In this document: positions 43,328-55,127 of the stretch, piece by piece
How the letters are laid out: every line of letters starts with the position of its first letter
How positions within the stretch are numbered: the stretch's first letter is position 1
NCBI GenBank assembly: GCA_963665115.1
Contig: OY762007.1
Span: 3,776,001-3,840,000, forward strand
Direction: 5' to 3'
DNA from: an uncultured Rivularia sp.
Lineage (GTDB): Bacteria; Cyanobacteriota; Cyanobacteriia; Cyanobacteriales; Nostocaceae
DNA length: 64,000 nucleotides
The notes under the pieces: model-generated
The model's database searches: none
What the model saw: only the letters and a program-made list of their open reading frames with translations
Told to the model about the DNA's origin: nothing
Program-made: the position numbers and the translations under genes

Positions 43328-45823
43328 ATGTTTGAACGCTTCACAGAAAAAGCCATCAAGGTAATAATGCTTGCTCAAGAAGAGGCTCGCCGCCTTGGGC
43401 ATAATTTTGTTGGCACCGAACAAATCCTCTTGGGTTTGATAGGCGAGGGAACTGGCGTGGCGGCTAAGGTGCTCAAATCAATGGGCGTTAACCTTAAAGA
43501 TGCCAGAATCGAGGTCGAAAAAATCATCGGCCGAGGCTCGGGTTTTGTCGCTGTGGAAATTCCGTTTACCCCACGGGCAAAGCGAGTTCTGGAACTATCT
43601 TTAGAAGAAGCTCGCCAGTTAGGTCATAACTATATTGGTACCGAGCATCTACTGTTAGGCTTGATCCGCGAAGGAGAAGGTGTAGCAGCTAGAGTACTCG
43701 AAAATCTTGGTGTAGACCTATCTAAGGTCAGAACCCAAGTTATTCGTATGCTTGGTGAAACCGCTGAAGTTACTTCTACAGGTCAATCTGGACGCAATAA
43801 AACTCCAACTCTGGATGAATTTGGTTCTAATTTGACCCAAATGGCACTGGATGGCAAGCTTGACCCCGTGGTCGGACGTGCTAAGGAGATTGAGCGGGTA
43901 ATCCAAATTTTAGGTCGTAGAACAAAAAATAACCCCGTATTAATTGGGGAACCTGGTGTTGGTAAAACAGCTATTGCTGAAGGACTAGCGCAACGTATTG
44001 GAAACAAAGATATACCTGATATCTTAGAAGACAAACGTGTAGTAACTCTTGATATTGGCTTGCTTGTAGCAGGAACCAAATATCGGGGTGAATTTGAAGA
44101 ACGCCTGAAAAAAATTATGGATGAAATCCGTCAGGCGGGAAATGTAATTTTAGTAATCGACGAAGTTCACACCTTAATTGGTGCTGGTGCGGCGGAAGGC
44201 GCAATTGATGCGGCCAACATTCTTAAGCCAGCTTTAGCTCGTGGTGAATTGCAGTGTATCGGTGCGACAACGCTCGATGAATACCGCAAACACATCGAGC
44301 GGGATGCAGCGCTTGAGCGTCGTTTCCAACCAGTAATGGTAGGTGAGCCTTCAGTAGATGAAACTATTGAAATTTTATACGGTTTACGCGACCGTTACGA
44401 ACAACATCATAAATTGAAAATTTCTGATGAAGCGGTGCTAGCGGCGGCTAAATTATCTGACCGTTATATTAGCGATCGCTATCTTCCAGATAAAGCAATT
44501 GACTTAATTGATGAAGCTGGTTCTCGGGTTCGTTTGATTAACTCCCAACTGCCACCCGCAGCTAAAGAGTTAGACAAGGAACTGCGTAAAATCCTTAAAG
44601 AAAAGGATGATGCGGTACGTTCCCAAGACTTTGATAAAGCTGGCGAACTGCGCGATCGCGAAATGGAGATCAAAGCAGAAATCCGCGCGATCGCTCAAAG
44701 CAAAGCTGGTACTTCTGGTGGTAATGGTGAAGAGCCTGTAGTTACCGAAGAAGATATTGCTCACATTGTGGCTTCTTGGACTGGCGTTCCGGTGAATAAA
44801 CTCACCGAATCGGAATCCGAGAAATTGCTGCACATGGAAGACACCTTGCACCAGCGTTTGATTGGTCAAGAAGAAGCTGTAAGAGCAGTTTCGCGTGCAA
44901 TTCGTCGCGCTCGTGTTGGTTTGAAAAATCCCAACCGACCGATTGCTAGTTTTGTCTTCTCCGGGCCTACTGGTGTTGGTAAAACTGAATTAGCTAAATC
45001 ATTGGCATCTTATTTCTTCGGTTCGGAAGAAGCAATGATTCGTCTGGATATGTCCGAATTCATGGAGCGTCACACCGTCAGCAAGCTGATTGGTTCGCCT
45101 CCTGGTTATGTCGGATACAACGAAGGCGGTCAGCTAACTGAGGCTGTAAGACGCAGACCTTATACGGTAGTGCTGTTCGACGAAATCGAGAAAGCGCACC
45201 CCGATGTATTTAATATGCTGCTTCAAATTCTTGAAGACGGTAGATTAACTGATGCTAAGGGACGTACTGTAGATTTCAAAAATACCTTGCTGATATTAAC
45301 TTCTAATATTGGTTCTAAGGTAATTGAAAAAGGTGGTGGCGGAATCGGTTTCGAGTTTGCCGAAGATGCTGGCGAGTCTCAGTACAACCGGATTAAGTCT
45401 TTGGTTAACGAAGAACTTAAACAGTACTTCCGTCCTGAATTCCTCAACCGTCTGGATGAAATCATCGTCTTCCGTCAGTTGAATAGACAAGAGGTAATGT
45501 TGATTGCCGACATTATGCTCAAGGAAGTATTCGGACGACTCACCGAAAAAGGTATCAGATTAGAAGTGAGCGATCGCTTTAAAGAGCGATTGTTGCAAGA
45601 GGGCTATAATCCGAGCTATGGTGCAAGACCTTTACGTAGGGCAATTATGCGCTTGCTAGAAGATAGTCTTGCAGAAGAAATTCTTTCCGGACGTGTTGGC
45701 GAAGGCGATACAGCCCTAGTTGATGTGGACGAAGGTGGAAATATCCTTGTTAGCTCCGAAAAGAGTGAAGAAGATAGCAGCGGTGAGCAAGATGATGCTT
45801 TACCTCAAGCTGTTGAGGGGTAA
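43328..45823 (+). CDS. clpC: ATP-dependent Clp protease ATPase subunit
   Basis: [12 protein letters not shown] start, two AAA+ domains, UVR domain and GGGGIGF ClpP-docking loop. Confidence 0.97.
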   Translation: MFERFTEKAIKVIMLAQEEARRLGHNFVGTEQILLGLIGEGTGVAAKVLKSMGVNLKDARIEVEKIIGRGSGFVAVEIPFTPRAKRVLELSLEEARQLGHNYIGTEHLLLGLIREGEGVAARVLENLGVDLSKVRTQVIRMLGETAEVTSTGQSGRNKTPTLDEFGSNLTQMALDGKLDPVVGRAKEIERVIQILGRRTKNNPVLIGEPGVGKTAIAEGLAQRIGNKDIPDILEDKRVVTLDIGLLVAGTKYRGEFEERLKKIMDEIRQAGNVILVIDEVHTLIGAGAAEGAIDAANILKPALARGELQCIGATTLDEYRKHIERDAALERRFQPVMVGEPSVDETIEILYGLRDRYEQHHKLKISDEAVLAAAKLSDRYISDRYLPDKAIDLIDEAGSRVRLINSQLPPAAKELDKELRKILKEKDDAVRSQDFDKAGELRDREMEIKAEIRAIAQSKAGTSGGNGEEPVVTEEDIAHIVASWTGVPVNKLTESESEKLLHMEDTLHQRLIGQEEAVRAVSRAIRRARVGLKNPNRPIASFVFSGPTGVGKTELAKSLASYFFGSEEAMIRLDMSEFMERHTVSKLIGSPPGYVGYNEGGQLTEAVRRRPYTVVLFDEIEKAHPDVFNMLLQILEDGRLTDAKGRTVDFKNTLLILTSNIGSKVIEKGGGGIGFEFAEDAGESQYNRIKSLVNEELKQYFRPEFLNRLDEIIVFRQLNRQEVMLIADIMLKEVFGRLTEKGIRLEVSDRFKERLLQEGYNPSYGARPLRRAIMRLLEDSLAEEILSGRVGEGDTALVDVDEGGNILVSSEKSEEDSSGEQDDALPQAVEG

Positions 45824-45867
45824 TAGAGTTTTAGATAGTAATTATCTGGAATTTTGAAAATTAGGAA

Positions 45868-45902
45868 GCGGTAGGGAATTTAGTTTCTCTACCGTTTTTT
45901 TT
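45868..45902 (+). terminator. Intrinsic terminator of clpC
   Basis: GCGGTAGGGAA...TTCTCTACCGT stem followed by a long T-run. Confidence 0.85.
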
Positions 45903-46134
45903 GTTTTTTTCTTGTTCCCAGGTTCTACCTGGGAATGTAGTTAGCGAGGCTCTGCCTCCATTCCAGTAGTATTTCAGTTCTAGTTGGTGTTTAAATTGCT
46001 GGTTTTGATAAACCGCAGAGAGCGCAGAGGGCGCGGAGGAAAGAGGTAGAGAGAAAATATAGTTGAGACACAGTGTTACGTCTCGTGCAATGTGAAATCA
46101 TATGTTTATATTGCGATTGTGCAACGCCTGAATT

Positions 46135-46569
46135 TTAAATCATAGAATCATCAATGATTTTTCCATCACACCAGATAGTATCTCGACATACGCATTCAAT
46201 AAAAGAGGTATTATCAAAAATTGCTCCTCTAAAATTGCTGCCTACAATAGAACACATAGCAAGTTCGGCATTTGTAAAGTTAGCTTCTTCAAAAATCGCA
46301 TCGACTAAAGTGGTTTTCTGTAGCAAAGCTCCTTTCAGGTTGGCTCGTCTAAAATTAGCTTTTATTAAAGTAGAGAAAGATAAGTTAGCATTTTGCAAAT
46401 TAGCTGCTTCTAAACTGGCTTCATAAAAATCAGCTTCCGCTAAATTGGCATCACTCAAGTTAACATTATTCAAGTTAGCACCACTCAATTTAGCACCAGG
46501 TTCCAGCACAATGCCAAAAAAATTTCTTTCCCCAGCAGCGTACCGCCGTAACAATTCTTCAGCACTCAT
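46135..46569 (-). CDS. Pentapeptide repeat protein
   Basis: ELLRRYAAGERNF N-terminus and A[ND]L-x-x repeats. Confidence 0.9.
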   Translation of the reverse strand: MSAEELLRRYAAGERNFFGIVLEPGAKLSGANLNNVNLSDANLAEADFYEASLEAANLQNANLSFSTLIKANFRRANLKGALLQKTTLVDAIFEEANFTNAELAMCSIVGSNFRGAIFDNTSFIECVCRDTIWCDGKIIDDSMI

Positions 46570-46787
46570 GCTCGTTTGTAGTTAATTAAATTATCAGTTC
46601 ATTTTAATTCACATCTTGCAGCATTCACGCCAAAGCGTGCGTTTAATCTAGTTAAGCTACATTTCCCGGCTTGAAATCAATTGATGCGGCTAATAGTTGA
46701 AGTCTACTCCAGTATACCGAAAAGCTTTTTCTTGCAGCGAGTAATTACAAACATTCATAAACAAACCGATTTCGCGCTACAAATTTT

Positions 46788-48137
46788 ATGAAACCTAAAT
46801 TTAAAAAATCAATACAGCGAGGTAATTTATATCGCTTGGTATTAATTTTGGTTTTGCTTGTAAGCATAAAACTGCTTTCTGCTTGTACCAATAATTCAGC
46901 AACTACTTTATCTTTTGTTGTGTCGCAAGAAGAAATTAAATATTTTGAACCGCTAATTGAGCAGTTTAATGATAGAAACCCAAATATTAAGATTGAATTA
47001 GCAGAAAATAGTTTAAAAGCAAACGACAGCGATCAACTTAAAGAAATTTATCAAGCTGATTTTAAAGAGAAATTACCCCGTTATGACTTGATTTACCTAG
47101 ATATTATTTGGGTACCTGAATTTGCTGAGAATGAGAATTTGTTGGATATAACTAAGGATTTTCCATCCCAAGATTTAAAAAAAGAATTTTTGGCGAGTGA
47201 AGTAGACGATGGAATTTATGATAATAAAATGTATCGCGTTCCCTTCCGTACTGATATGGGAGTGCTTTACTACCGTAAAGATTTGCTAGAAGCAGTAAAG
47301 GAAAAGCCACCCGAAACATTTGATGATTTGTTACGGATTTCTCAAAAAGTTAAGCAACAACAGCAAGATATTGAATATGGTTATCTTTGGCAGGGGCGAA
47401 AAACCGAAGCAATAGCGGCGATGTTTGTGGAAGTGCTTGAGGGTTACGGTGGATTCTGGATTAATACCGAAGATAACCAAGTTGGATTAGACAAAAGTGA
47501 GGCGATCGCCGCAGTCGAGTTTCTACGCAATACAATCGATAAAAAAGTATCTCCCAAGAGTGTTACCACTGACAATGAAAACGACACACGTAAAAAATTC
47601 CGCTTGGGAAAAGCCGTTTTTATGCGAAACTGGCCTAATGTCTGGCTAGACGCTAATCATTTAGGCTGCTGCATTCGCGGTAAGATTGCCATTCAACCAA
47701 TGGTAAGCGTACCGGGAAAAAGCGGTGGTGCATCCAAGGGTGGCTGGGGTTTTGGAATTGCTAAAACTACGAAACATAAAAAAGAAGCCATTGAAGCGAT
47801 TAAATTTTTCACAAGTGCGGCAATTCAACGGCAGTTTACCCTAAAATATGGCTCCGTACCAACTCGTCGTCAATTATTTTTTGAACCGAAAATTGTTGCA
47901 AAATATAATCATTATCCAAAGTTGCTAAATATTATTGATAATAAAATTGAGAACAAATCTGTTAAATTGGTTTCTCGTCCGAGCATTCCTCAATATGCAG
48001 CAGCATCCTGTATTCTACAGAAACATCTTCATGCTGCGCTAACTGCAAAAACAAATCCTACTCCTCAAGAGGCGATGAAGAAAGCAGCAGAGGAAACTAG
48101 ACAGCTATTAAAGACGGGGAAATCAAATTGCGAATAA
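46788..48137 (+). CDS. Sugar-type ABC substrate-binding lipoprotein
   Basis: Lipobox LSAC; DIIWVPEFA, LYYRKDLL, FMRNWP and GGWGFGI motifs. Confidence 0.88.
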   Translation: MKPKFKKSIQRGNLYRLVLILVLLVSIKLLSACTNNSATTLSFVVSQEEIKYFEPLIEQFNDRNPNIKIELAENSLKANDSDQLKEIYQADFKEKLPRYDLIYLDIIWVPEFAENENLLDITKDFPSQDLKKEFLASEVDDGIYDNKMYRVPFRTDMGVLYYRKDLLEAVKEKPPETFDDLLRISQKVKQQQQDIEYGYLWQGRKTEAIAAMFVEVLEGYGGFWINTEDNQVGLDKSEAIAAVEFLRNTIDKKVSPKSVTTDNENDTRKKFRLGKAVFMRNWPNVWLDANHLGCCIRGKIAIQPMVSVPGKSGGASKGGWGFGIAKTTKHKKEAIEAIKFFTSAAIQRQFTLKYGSVPTRRQLFFEPKIVAKYNHYPKLLNIIDNKIENKSVKLVSRPSIPQYAAASCILQKHLHAALTAKTNPTPQEAMKKAAEETRQLLKTGKSNCE

Positions 48138-48208
48138 TATCATCGCAGGGAGAATACTTTTCTGTGAGGGTTGGTAATTGGTAATTGGTAATTGGTAATT
48201 GGTAATGA

Positions 48209-50288
48209 TTAAGGTTTACAACGAAACATATTTACCTTGCCGTCTGCATTCGCAGAAGCCAAAAGGTTTGTATTTTTTGGACTAAAAGCAATTGCTACCA
48301 AACCTTTACCACTATTGCAGGTACTCAAGCGATCGCCGTTATCGATGTTCCACAGATTTATAGTCCCATTAGTACTTGCTGTCGCGACATAGTTTTTATT
48401 ATCGGGAAAATCAACTGCTACTAGATTATCTTCATCATTATGTCTGAGGGATATTGTGAAATTGTCGCTTTTATGGTTTTCCCAATTCCACACCACCGCT
48501 TTGTTATCTTCTAAACCGATAGCAACCAAATGTTTTCCATTTGGACTAAATGCGATTTCCATTGGATAAGTTTGGAGATTTACTTGTGCAACTTGCTTGA
48601 AGGTGGTTGTGTCCCAAATTTGAGCAATGCCAGCAGCATTGGCTGATGCTAAATACTTTCCATTTGTTGGACTAAAGGCAACGGCTACTAGGTTATCGGA
48701 ACCCAGAGATATAGCTTTTTGTGTTTCTTTGTCGGCTTGCCAGTTTCCACAATCTTCCAAGGTTGTTTAAGCTAGCTGTAGCTAAATATTTTGTATCCTG
48801 GCTGAAGCTAATAGCCCTAATGTAAGTTTTACTATTCAGAATTGCCTGTCGCTGACTGTTGCTTGTGTCCCAAACTCTGGCAATACCGTCAGCACTAGCT
48901 GATGCTAAATACTTTCCATCGCGACTGAAATCTAATGCGATTACGGGAGGTTTAAAGTTTGGGATATCGGAATACTCGTGGGATAGCTTTTTGAATTCGA
49001 TTTTACCATCGAGATTCATCGTCCACAAACCGGCGGTTGCATCCAAACTCGCTGTAGCTATTTTCTTACTATCGGAACTAAATTTGAGCGCGACTACACC
49101 ATCTCCGTGTAGTTGACAATCAATCTGCTTGGGCGTTTCATCTGGCAGTATGGTTGCATCAAATACTCGTAATGTTTTATCCAAACTTACTTGGGCAAAA
49201 TACTTACCATCGGGACTAAAAGCAATCTGACTTGTATCTAAAGCAGGTGAATCGCAAGCTGTTGAAACTGGCGCAGGTAGCAATGCCAGGTTATTCATTC
49301 TCCACCCGATAGCTATACCGATCAATAAGGTGATGGGAAATCCCAGCATAAAAACCCACCGATAAAGTTTAAAGAAAGAAGGTGATGGTGGTGGTGAAGC
49401 CTCTTGCTGTAATAATTCAATAACATCAAGACGCTGCAATATTTCTTTAGTATTTTGAGGTCGATTTTCAACCTCTGGTGCCATTAATTCATCGATAAAA
49501 TTGGCTAAAGGCTGGGAAATCTGTGGTGCAGAATCGCGCCAAATAAATTGGTTTGTAGGGCTATTTTTAGAAATCTCGTAGGGATGTTTACCCGTAAATA
49601 AATGAACAAAAGTACGTCCCAAAGCAAAAAAATCGGATTGTGGTAAGGCTTTAAATTTCTCTTGCTCTGGAGCTGCATATCCAGGAGTCAAAACTCCCGT
49701 AACATCACGCTTGGGATCGAATACTGTTTCCGTCACCCATCTAGCCGCACCAAAGTCAATTAACACCAATTGCCCATCGGGTTTAAGCATGATATTGGAG
49801 GGTTTAATATCCCGGTGGAAAAGCTTCTTTTGGTGTACCCGATGTAAAATATTTGTTAGCTGTTTGAGCCAATCAATTGCGAATTCTTCAGATATCCGCT
49901 GATGTTGTCCCAAAAACTGCTCTAAATCCTGCCCTTCAATTTTCTCGATAATCAAGCAGTGCAATTGCCGTTGAGTTTGACCAATTTTAAACGTAAAATA
50001 TCCTTCGGGATCTATTTTCGGAATTCCCTGATGTTTGAGTGAAATCAATACTTCAGCTTCTCGCTTAAATAGACGTAGTAAAGTATCATCGCGACTTTTG
50101 AGAACTTTAAGAACTTTCGGCGTTCCTTTGTCATCAACTTCAAAAACTTCTATGTAAGGCGATTTATTCAGCTCGCGCAAAGGACGAACTAAGCTATACC
50201 GATCTTTTATACACATCGGAGTGCCGCAATCTGGGCAATAATTTGAAGTATTTTGGTGATAGCACTCGGGGTTGATGCAGTAGCTCAT
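48209..50288 (-). CDS. Ser/Thr kinase with 4-Cys prefix, TM helix and WD40 repeats; frameshifted at 48744-48746
   Basis: YCINPEC...CPDCG, HRDIKPSN, DFG and APE motifs; WD40 repeats continue across the shift when one base is removed. Confidence 0.85.
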
Positions 50289-50345
50289 AATGGTTACTTC
50301 TCTAAAAATTGCCAGATAAGCATAGTGCTATATCCCAGAGATGCA

Positions 50346-51491
50346 TCACATACCTTGGGGATACATTCGCTTAATATACTTACCTATAACAGGCTGCAAA
50401 GTAAAAAATGTCCCAGCCGTTTGGGTAATCTTCTCAATCAGCGATCGCCATCCCAGAGATTGCATGGCTTTGATTATTTCTGACTTTGGTACTGTTACAG
50501 AAAGGTTATTCTGTAATTCTACATATGATATTGGCTCGCCATAACTTGCCATTTCATACATAATCCTTTTTTCTAAATCATCCAAACGTATAAACTGTTG
50601 CTCTAATATTTGCAAAAACTTATCGCCGATAACTATAGTATTTTCTTTTAAATATTCCTTAACATTACCTGCAAATACTTCTTTAATAGTAGTAGAAATC
50701 ATTTTCAGTGCTAAAGGATTTCCACCATACATTTGAATTAATTCCTGCCAACTTTCTTCTTGATACAATAATTTTTTTTCCTGGAAAATTTGGTTTGCTG
50801 CTTCCCCCAAACCTGCGATCAATAGCGAGCGAACTCTGAGTGTCTCGTCTTCAAGCAAGGCAACTTCGTGTGGTTTTTCTCGACCAATTAACACTAAGCA
50901 ACTTTGCAATTCCCGTGTTTCTCCAACTTGTCTAATTAAATCTTTATAGCCTTCGTATCCAGAACTAAAATGTCCCGCAAAATTACCGCTGCACAGAATA
51001 GCATCTACTCGATCTAATATCACTAAACAGCGATGCTGGCATAAAAAGTTAATTAATTGTGATACATCTACATGAGTTTGTTGCTCTGGAGTTAATGCTG
51101 AGATTAAGTTAGTTAAAACAGATTCATAAGGTGGAGCATCTCGAAGACTGCGCCAAATAAAATAATCAAAATTCCCTTGAATTTGTTCTACTAACTTGAC
51201 TGAAGTAGCAGTTTTACCAATTCCTCCCATACCTAATAGCGTTACCACGCGGCAGCAATCGTGCAAAATCCATTGTTCTAAAGTTGCAAGTTCTTGAATA
51301 CGTCCGTAGAAAACTCCCACATCAGGAGCCTCACCCCAATCTTTGATTGCATTCGGCTGTGAAAACTGAAAATTTGTGGTGTTATTTACAGTTTCCGAAT
51401 CAGCAATTTCCTTCCATTCCACACCCACAACTCGACAAATATTGATAAAGGTAGTTGTGATAGCGGCGATGCAGGAGGTGATTGTTAACAA
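50346..51491 (-). CDS. NB-ARC (STAND) ATPase without C-terminal repeats; possibly 5'-truncated
   Basis: DWGEAPDV.FYGR, GMGGIGKT, WRSLR.AP, GGNPLAL and winged-helix region; TTG start. Confidence 0.82.
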   Translation of the reverse strand: MLTITSCIAAITTTFINICRVVGVEWKEIADSETVNNTTNFQFSQPNAIKDWGEAPDVGVFYGRIQELATLEQWILHDCCRVVTLLGMGGIGKTATSVKLVEQIQGNFDYFIWRSLRDAPPYESVLTNLISALTPEQQTHVDVSQLINFLCQHRCLVILDRVDAILCSGNFAGHFSSGYEGYKDLIRQVGETRELQSCLVLIGREKPHEVALLEDETLRVRSLLIAGLGEAANQIFQEKKLLYQEESWQELIQMYGGNPLALKMISTTIKEVFAGNVKEYLKENTIVIGDKFLQILEQQFIRLDDLEKRIMYEMASYGEPISYVELQNNLSVTVPKSEIIKAMQSLGWRSLIEKITQTAGTFFTLQPVIGKYIKRMYPQGM

Positions 51492-51720
51492 GCTTTAGGA
51501 AAAAATCGCTATTTCCCCATAGAAATTTCAAAAAATGTTAAATTATCGGGATTATTAGTACTCAATCTCATGGTATAAGTATAATTAAGAACGATAATTT
51601 CCTGATTATTACAGATAAATTTTAAGCGGGATATATTCCATACCAACATCGTCGCAACAATTAAGATAAATTAAATACTGGCTCGCGGCATCGATTGGAG
51701 TATTCCCTCGTTTAAAGCAG

Positions 51721-53509
51721 ATGACAAAATTACTGAATAATCGTTATCAAGTTATCCAGGTGTTAGGTGCTGGTGGGTTTGGCGAAACCTTTTTAGCGGA
51801 AGATACTCATCTTCCTTCTCGCCGACGTTGTGTTATCAAGCAGCTAAAACCATTAGCAGACGATCCAAAAACCTATCAAAAGGTTCAGCAACTTTTTGAA
51901 AGAGAAGCAACAACTTTAGAATTTCTCGGTGAAGGTAGCGATCAAATTCCCAATCTTTTTGCTTATTTTTCGGAAAACGGGTTATTTTATTTAGTTCAAG
52001 AATGGATTCAAGGACAAACTTTAACTAATATCGTTGAAACTAACGGATGTTTAAACGAGCAAGCTGTTAAAGATATTCTACAAAGTTTGCTACCAGTTTT
52101 AGAATATGTCCACTCGAAAGGAATTATTCACCGCGATATTAAACCCGACAATATTATTCTGCGTAATTCTAATAACAAGCCAGTTTTAATTGATTTCGGT
52201 GCGGTAAAAGAAACCGTTCGTACTGCAATCAATTCTTCAGGAAACCCTACCCAGTCAATGGTAATTGGTACGCCGGGATATATGCCTAGCGAACAAATGT
52301 TAAGGCGTGCGGTTTTTGCTACCGATATTTATAGTTTAGGTTTGACGGCAATTTATTTATTAACTGGGAAACATCCCCAAGAATTGCAAACAAACCCAGA
52401 AACAGGAAAAATAGTATGGGAAGATGACGTTAATGAAATTTCTACTTCTTTAAAAACAGTTCTCAATCGAGCTATCGATCCAAATATAGGTAGTCGTTAC
52501 AGCACTGCGGGCAAAATGCTTTATGCTTTACAATCTACTTCTACAGCTACTACACCCATAATAAATAATCAAAAAACTCAAAATAATCAACAAACTCAAA
52601 AAACAGTTGCAGTATCTCCCGGTGCCCGAATTCCTCGAAAAAATATTAATTCTCCAAATTCCACAAATTCTACAAATAGGTTAAAGCCCGGTTTAATTTT
52701 CGGTGGTATACTCGCTGCTGGATTAATTGGAGGAATCGCAATTGCTAACTTTAATAACCAGCAACCCGAAGAAGATATTGTTATATCCCAAACTCCGCCA
52801 CCAGAGCCTACTGATAATAGCGATCGCACTAATATAATTCCTTCTCCCGAACCAACTTTCGCCGAAATTCAACCAACCGCAAAACCCCGAATTAAAATTC
52901 CACCACAAATTGCTCCACCGCAGCAACAAGAGCAAACAATCGAACCACCACCAGAAGCAACAACAGAAAATAGGCAACCAGCACCTATTTTTACACCGCA
53001 ACCGAAACCACAAATATTTTCTACTCCCAAGCCTCAACCTACAGCTAATTCCCAACCACAACAAACCCCAAAACCAGTTCCCGACAATAGTCAAAATAAT
53101 ACTTCAAATATCAGCGTTTCCAGTATTTCCTACAGGTAGCTCCGAAAGCGACGTTAAAGCAAATTTAGGACAACCAACAAAAGTTTCTAGAGGTTTATGG
53201 AATACCCGCGCCTATCTTTATAAATTACAGCCAGATGTAGACTTAGGTTTATTATTCGATCGCCAATCTGGAAGATTACGACAAACAGAAGCATCGCTTG
53301 CTCAATCTGTAGGAGCAAACACCATGCAAAATACTTTACAAGGAATGTTAAAAGGTAATATTAACGGCGACATTCAACAAGGATTGCAGCGAGTGTATCA
53401 GCGCCAAAGTAATCAATATTCTTTTCAAACAGGAAATTTAAAAGGAACAATACAGCGCAACAACCAAGGGCGCATTTATATTGCCGTTTGGGAAGCGGAT
53501 TTGCACTAA
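51721..53509 (+). CDS. Membrane Ser/Thr kinase with Pro-rich linker; frameshifted at T3 53117-53119
   Basis: LGAGGFG, HRDIKPDN, DFG and GTPGY motifs plus a TM helix; deleting one T joins SVPVFPTG to the C-terminal domain. Confidence 0.87.
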
Positions 53510-53554
53510 AAAAGGGGCATCAGGAATTGTGAGAGGGGGTAGAGGGGGTTAGCT

Positions 53555-53661
53555 CTCGTTACAAGGTTCTACCTTGTAATGCATTTCAAGAAGGCTCTGC
53601 CTTCCCTACATAGTGCAGGCAGAGCCTCCAAATATGGTTTCCCAGCCAGAGACTGGGAACC
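53555..53661. repeat. Palindromic dispersed repeat element
   Basis: AGGCTCTGCCT...AGGCAGAGCCT and TTCCCAG...CTGGGAA; related copy at about 45911-45960. Confidence 0.65.
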
Positions 53662-53666
53662 AGTTA

Positions 53667-54074
53667 TTATTTAACAGTTACTTTCGCACCAGCTTCTTCG
53701 AGTTGCTTCTTCGCATCTTCAGCAGCTTCTTTAGCCATAGCTTCTTTGATTGCTTTAGGTGCGGATTCTACCATTTCTTTAGCTTCTTTCAAGCCTAAGC
53801 CGGTAATACCGCGTACAACCTTGAGGATAGCAATCTTCTTATCAGCAGGTACGTCTTCTAGTACTACGTCAAACTCAGTTTTCTCTTCGGCAGCTTCAGC
53901 TTCACCACCACCAGCGGCTCCAGGCATCATTCCGGGCATCATCATCATGCCACCACCACCGGAAGCGGAAGCATCTACTTCAAATACTTCTTCGATTTGC
54001 TTAACTAATTCGGAAGCTTCGAGCAAGCTCAAAGTCTTCAAGCTTTCCATGATTTCATCAGTTTTTGCAGACAT
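53667..54074 (-). CDS. rplL: 50S ribosomal protein L7/L12
   Basis: [10 protein letters not shown]...TGLGLKEAK. Confidence 0.97.
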   Translation of the reverse strand: MSAKTDEIMESLKTLSLLEASELVKQIEEVFEVDASASGGGGMMMMPGMMPGAAGGGEAEAAEEKTEFDVVLEDVPADKKIAILKVVRGITGLGLKEAKEMVESAPKAIKEAMAKEAAEDAKKQLEEAGAKVTVK

Positions 54075-54181
54075 AATTCTATTCCTGTTGTTGTTGTTGG
54101 TATTTTTCTAAACTTAGGTTCGTAGTAAGGATTTTAATCCTTATTGGAGAGGGCTGAAGCCCTTACTACAAACAAAAAATT

Positions 54182-54763
54182 CTAGGATTCCGCAGAATCT
54201 TCTGAAGAACCTTCTTTTTGAGATACTGCTTGAATTGCCCGTGCCAAAGAATTTGGTACTTCGTTGATACCTGTAGCCAATTTGGTTGGTACCTGGTTGA
54301 TTCCCACTGCCAATTTGGTAGCGATAGAATTCAAACCACCAGCAATACGAGCCATTAGTTCTTGCTTGGAAGGTAAATCCTTGAGTGCTTTGACTTGATC
54401 TACTGTTAAAGCTTGCCCTTCAAGCACTCCACCGCGAATCTTTGTTTTCTTGGTGGCTTTTTGGAAGTCTTCGTAAGCCGTGATAGCGTCTTTTAAGTCT
54501 TCTTTAACTAGTAAGAAAACCGAAGAGTCTTGAAGATACTGCGTCATTGGCTGCCATTGTTGATCTTCTTCAACAGCAATCCGCATCAAGGTATTTTTGG
54601 TTCTTTTACAAACCGTACCAGTTGGACGCATCCGATTACGTAAATCGCTAATTTGCGATACGCTTAGACCTTCGTATTCAATTACTATTGCTAGGGAAGA
54701 CTCGCTCAAAAGTCCTTTAAGATCGGAAACTATTTCCTTCTTATTTGCTAGCGTTCTACCCAT
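54182..54763 (-). CDS. rplJ: 50S ribosomal protein L10
   Basis: KNTL and LPSKQEL motifs; operon position. Confidence 0.96.
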   Translation of the reverse strand: MGRTLANKKEIVSDLKGLLSESSLAIVIEYEGLSVSQISDLRNRMRPTGTVCKRTKNTLMRIAVEEDQQWQPMTQYLQDSSVFLLVKEDLKDAITAYEDFQKATKKTKIRGGVLEGQALTVDQVKALKDLPSKQELMARIAGGLNSIATKLAVGINQVPTKLATGINEVPNSLARAIQAVSQKEGSSEDSAES

Positions 54764-54947
54764 TTTATATCACCTCCTTCACGATCTTTATTAACCTTAA
54801 AAACAATGAAACCCTGACTGCAACAGCCAGGGTTTTATCTAGGTTTTTCCAAGGATTAATATCTATAAAAACGTTTCTCTACGTCTTTAAAAAAATCCCT
54901 TTGGAATCATATCTTCACCATTTCGGTCAGAAATGAAAACAATTGAG

Positions 54948-55001
54948 GAGTAAACCTAAGCAGGAAATTAAGCTTTTGTGAAAGCACCTACTGTCTCTGG
55001 C
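54948..55001 (-). promoter_or_regulatory. L10 leader RNA (autogenous control element)
   Basis: Minus strand AGACAGTAGG...GCTTAATTTCCTGCTTAGG between rplA and rplJ; a second hairpin at 54809-54836. Confidence 0.75.
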
Positions 55002-55127
55002 TGTTAGTTATTTAGTTTTTAATTAAGTTAATAATTAAGAGTTAAAAGTTGATAACTCATAACTCACAAATCATAACTCAAAATTGGTCAAAGTCAACTA
55101 TTATTTTTTTAGTTCGAGCTTAATAGC

